Part shown: in pieces, positions 61,886 through 64,000 of the stretch
How the letters are laid out: each line of letters opens with the position of its first letter
Numbering within the stretch: the stretch's first letter is position 1
Source: Tubiluchus corallicola
Lineage: Eukaryota > Animalia > Priapulida
Length of the DNA: 64,000 nucleotides
Direction of reading: 5' to 3'
Assembly (NCBI GenBank): GCA_030141605.1
Contig: JAQGDQ010000143.1
Location: forward strand, 372,001-436,000
The notes under the pieces: generated by a model
Told to the model about the DNA's origin: nothing
Databases searched by the model: none
Seen by the model: the letters and a program-made list of their open reading frames with translations, nothing else
Program-made: the position numbers and the translations under genes

Positions 61886-62749
61886 CATCAATTTTTTTCG
61901 AAAGTGATATCCCACTGCTTATCCAAGTCCGAGATTGAAATACGCATATGGCTGTGAAGAGTACCTTAAATCGCTTGGCCCAGCAATAGCACCTGCCTGA
62001 TGACTAACCAGAGAACAGCTGCGTGACGTCAGTTTTACTTTCAAGTGGTCGTTCTTCGTGGATGACTTTAGATGCCGACTTCTTCCATCGAAAGTTAACC
62101 AGCACCTGTGATCAGCGACGGACCAAGCAATGCCGCCGGCACCTGACCTAGCATGTGACACATCTGAAAGAATCCGATTCTGCCAGGCAAGTTCTTTCTG
62201 CTGTCTCTTGTTCTCAGTCGGTCATCCCTCCTTAGGACATCGATGCAACTTGTTGTTGATCTCATGAATCTGGCTGACGACGTAGCTTCCGTCTGTGGAG
62301 TGATTGCAACGCTCAATTAGCAACCTTAAACTAACTGTTTAACTCAATATTCTTCCCACAATCTGGTCTTCCTTTCCAACAACAAAAATTCTCGGATAGT
62401 TACGCAGGAAACAGAATTGCAGTGAGTGCAAGCAACCCAAGCAATAAACTTGCAAGAACATAGCTTTCTTTCGCAATCTCCCTTGCAGACGCAACCGATC
62501 ACTTTGAGTAAATGTCATCTTCTTCGTCAAACCTTAGCGGTCTTTAATTTTCTAGCTGTCAGCAAGTTTTAACTGTAAAACACATAGCAATTACTGCATC
62601 TACGCATGAACTTAAGTCATAATGCCTCGGTTAAGTAGTAGACAAAGAAGAGATTGGTGCACATTTGGCTCTCGGTGCAAGTGGCTATAGCCGGAAGGCG
62701 GAAACAATTCAAAAACAGATTTGTGGTGATTGATTTTTAACAGTAGAGG

Positions 62750-63560
62750 AACGTGTTAACATTATTCCTTCTTCTTGAAGCGTGTGAGGTTGAAGCTAAC
62801 AGAAAAACAATTTTCTGGTAATAGATTCCACAAGTAAGAGGTCCGAAAGAGAATGTAGATTTATCAATGATTTTCTACAATGATTAAAGTTGCTTTTGCA
62901 AGGACAAGAGAAATTTGAAAATGTTTAGCTGAATGATTAATTTGACAAAAAACTTCGATTTTTTATACAATATGATCGATTTTTGTTTTGTTTCAACCAG
63001 CAGGCATAGAGCCCGCCATTGAAATTAGCTACGTTATTTAGAAGATTTGGCTGGGGCTAAATTTGGAGATGAGATACAACTTAACCTGAAATGATAAAGT
63101 TTCTGCTGCATATTTGTTTTGAATCAGACATTTTTCCCCGCCTAAATGAACTATCTTGTGTTGTTATTATCTAGTCGAAGATCATAGTTCATTAAAAGAT
63201 AACGTTAGCTAGCTGAACGCACTAAACGGCACTTAATTATCAATTTTATCAGCAATTTTGCCCCGCGCCATTTAAGTTTATTACCTCATATAATAGCAGT
63301 ATGCACGAGGCTTCATTTAACTTGGATAAGGCTAACAAAAGACAGTTTGAGTTAAACAAACATTTATCAATTCACTGACGATTTTAATTTATTTTATCAA
63401 GTTTTTAATACACATTTCACTGCTTCTCCACACTTACATGAGTGGTGTTTACACACAATGCCTTTGCATTGGTAGTGGATTTATTCTCATCATCCCCGCT
63501 GTTGCCGCCATCAGCTGTCGTGTGATTCTAGTAAATTTAGGCTTATTGCAATTGCTGGAG
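62750..63560 (-). mobile_element. Degraded LINE ORF2, same family as 58205
   Basis: Minus translation SYLWNLLPENCFSVSFNLTRFKK near 62770-62840; the upstream extent is approximate. Confidence 0.55.
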
Positions 63561-64000
63561 ACCTTTATTAGCTCTAGCTAACTACTTCTAGGTGGTTTCA
63601 CTTGATAATCTTAGTGATGTTTCATCCTAACTTCCAAGTTAGACCTTGATGCACCAATGACGCTTTAATCCAGCATGAAGTGACCTATTGTTTTCATACA
63701 ACTTCAGTTTGTGAAGACATCTATGAAGTGCTTCAGTAACAAACCCACAATACAATGACCTGAACTGGTACTATAAAATTGCTAAGACTAAAGCAAGACC
63801 ATATTCATCAATCTTGCCTCTTCTAGAGTTTTTCTTTTCCTCATCAATTTTCTTTTTCTCTCAGACCTACTAAACAGTGAATCTAGTTAACTGCGTGCAG
63901 CTTTTTTGGTACTGCCTTGAATGAATATTTTAAGTACCATAAATTTTCGTGAGGTACGAATGAGTCAAATATCCACCTACATGTTACTGTGGTGATAAAT

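Noticed and set aside
61919-62530. GC-richer short minus-strand ORFs
   Set aside because: No identifiable domain; probably decayed retroelement sequence among neighbouring LINE remnants.

Overview
AT-rich, intron-containing animal DNA, probably from a protostome invertebrate; no prokaryotic features. I read three co-oriented minus-strand genes, each starting with a signal-peptide exon. (1) A ~41 kb gene of about 28 coding exons (46688->5452, ~1496 aa from my summed exon lengths) encoding a secreted protein: signal peptide, WAP, 15 CCP/Sushi, Ig, 4 CCP. The N-terminal half resembles LEV-9/Hasp and the C-terminal half resembles Hikaru genki (Hig), all in one continuous spliced ORF. It carries an extra, displaced copy of the 'LVGKMGEY.YR' CCP exon and several candidate alternative exons. 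(2) A 9-exon gene (56995->50944, ~353 aa) encoding a secreted protein with a lone ZP-N-like domain and three Cys-rich EB/EGF-like modules. (3) The first coding exon of a third gene at 30..87 that runs off the window. The rest holds MITEs, Tc1/mariner, RTE, R1/I-group and other LINE remnants, tRNA- and 5S-derived repeats, and long microsatellites. Exon boundaries were read by hand from GT/AG sites and phase continuity. Family assignments are from motif recognition, not database searches.
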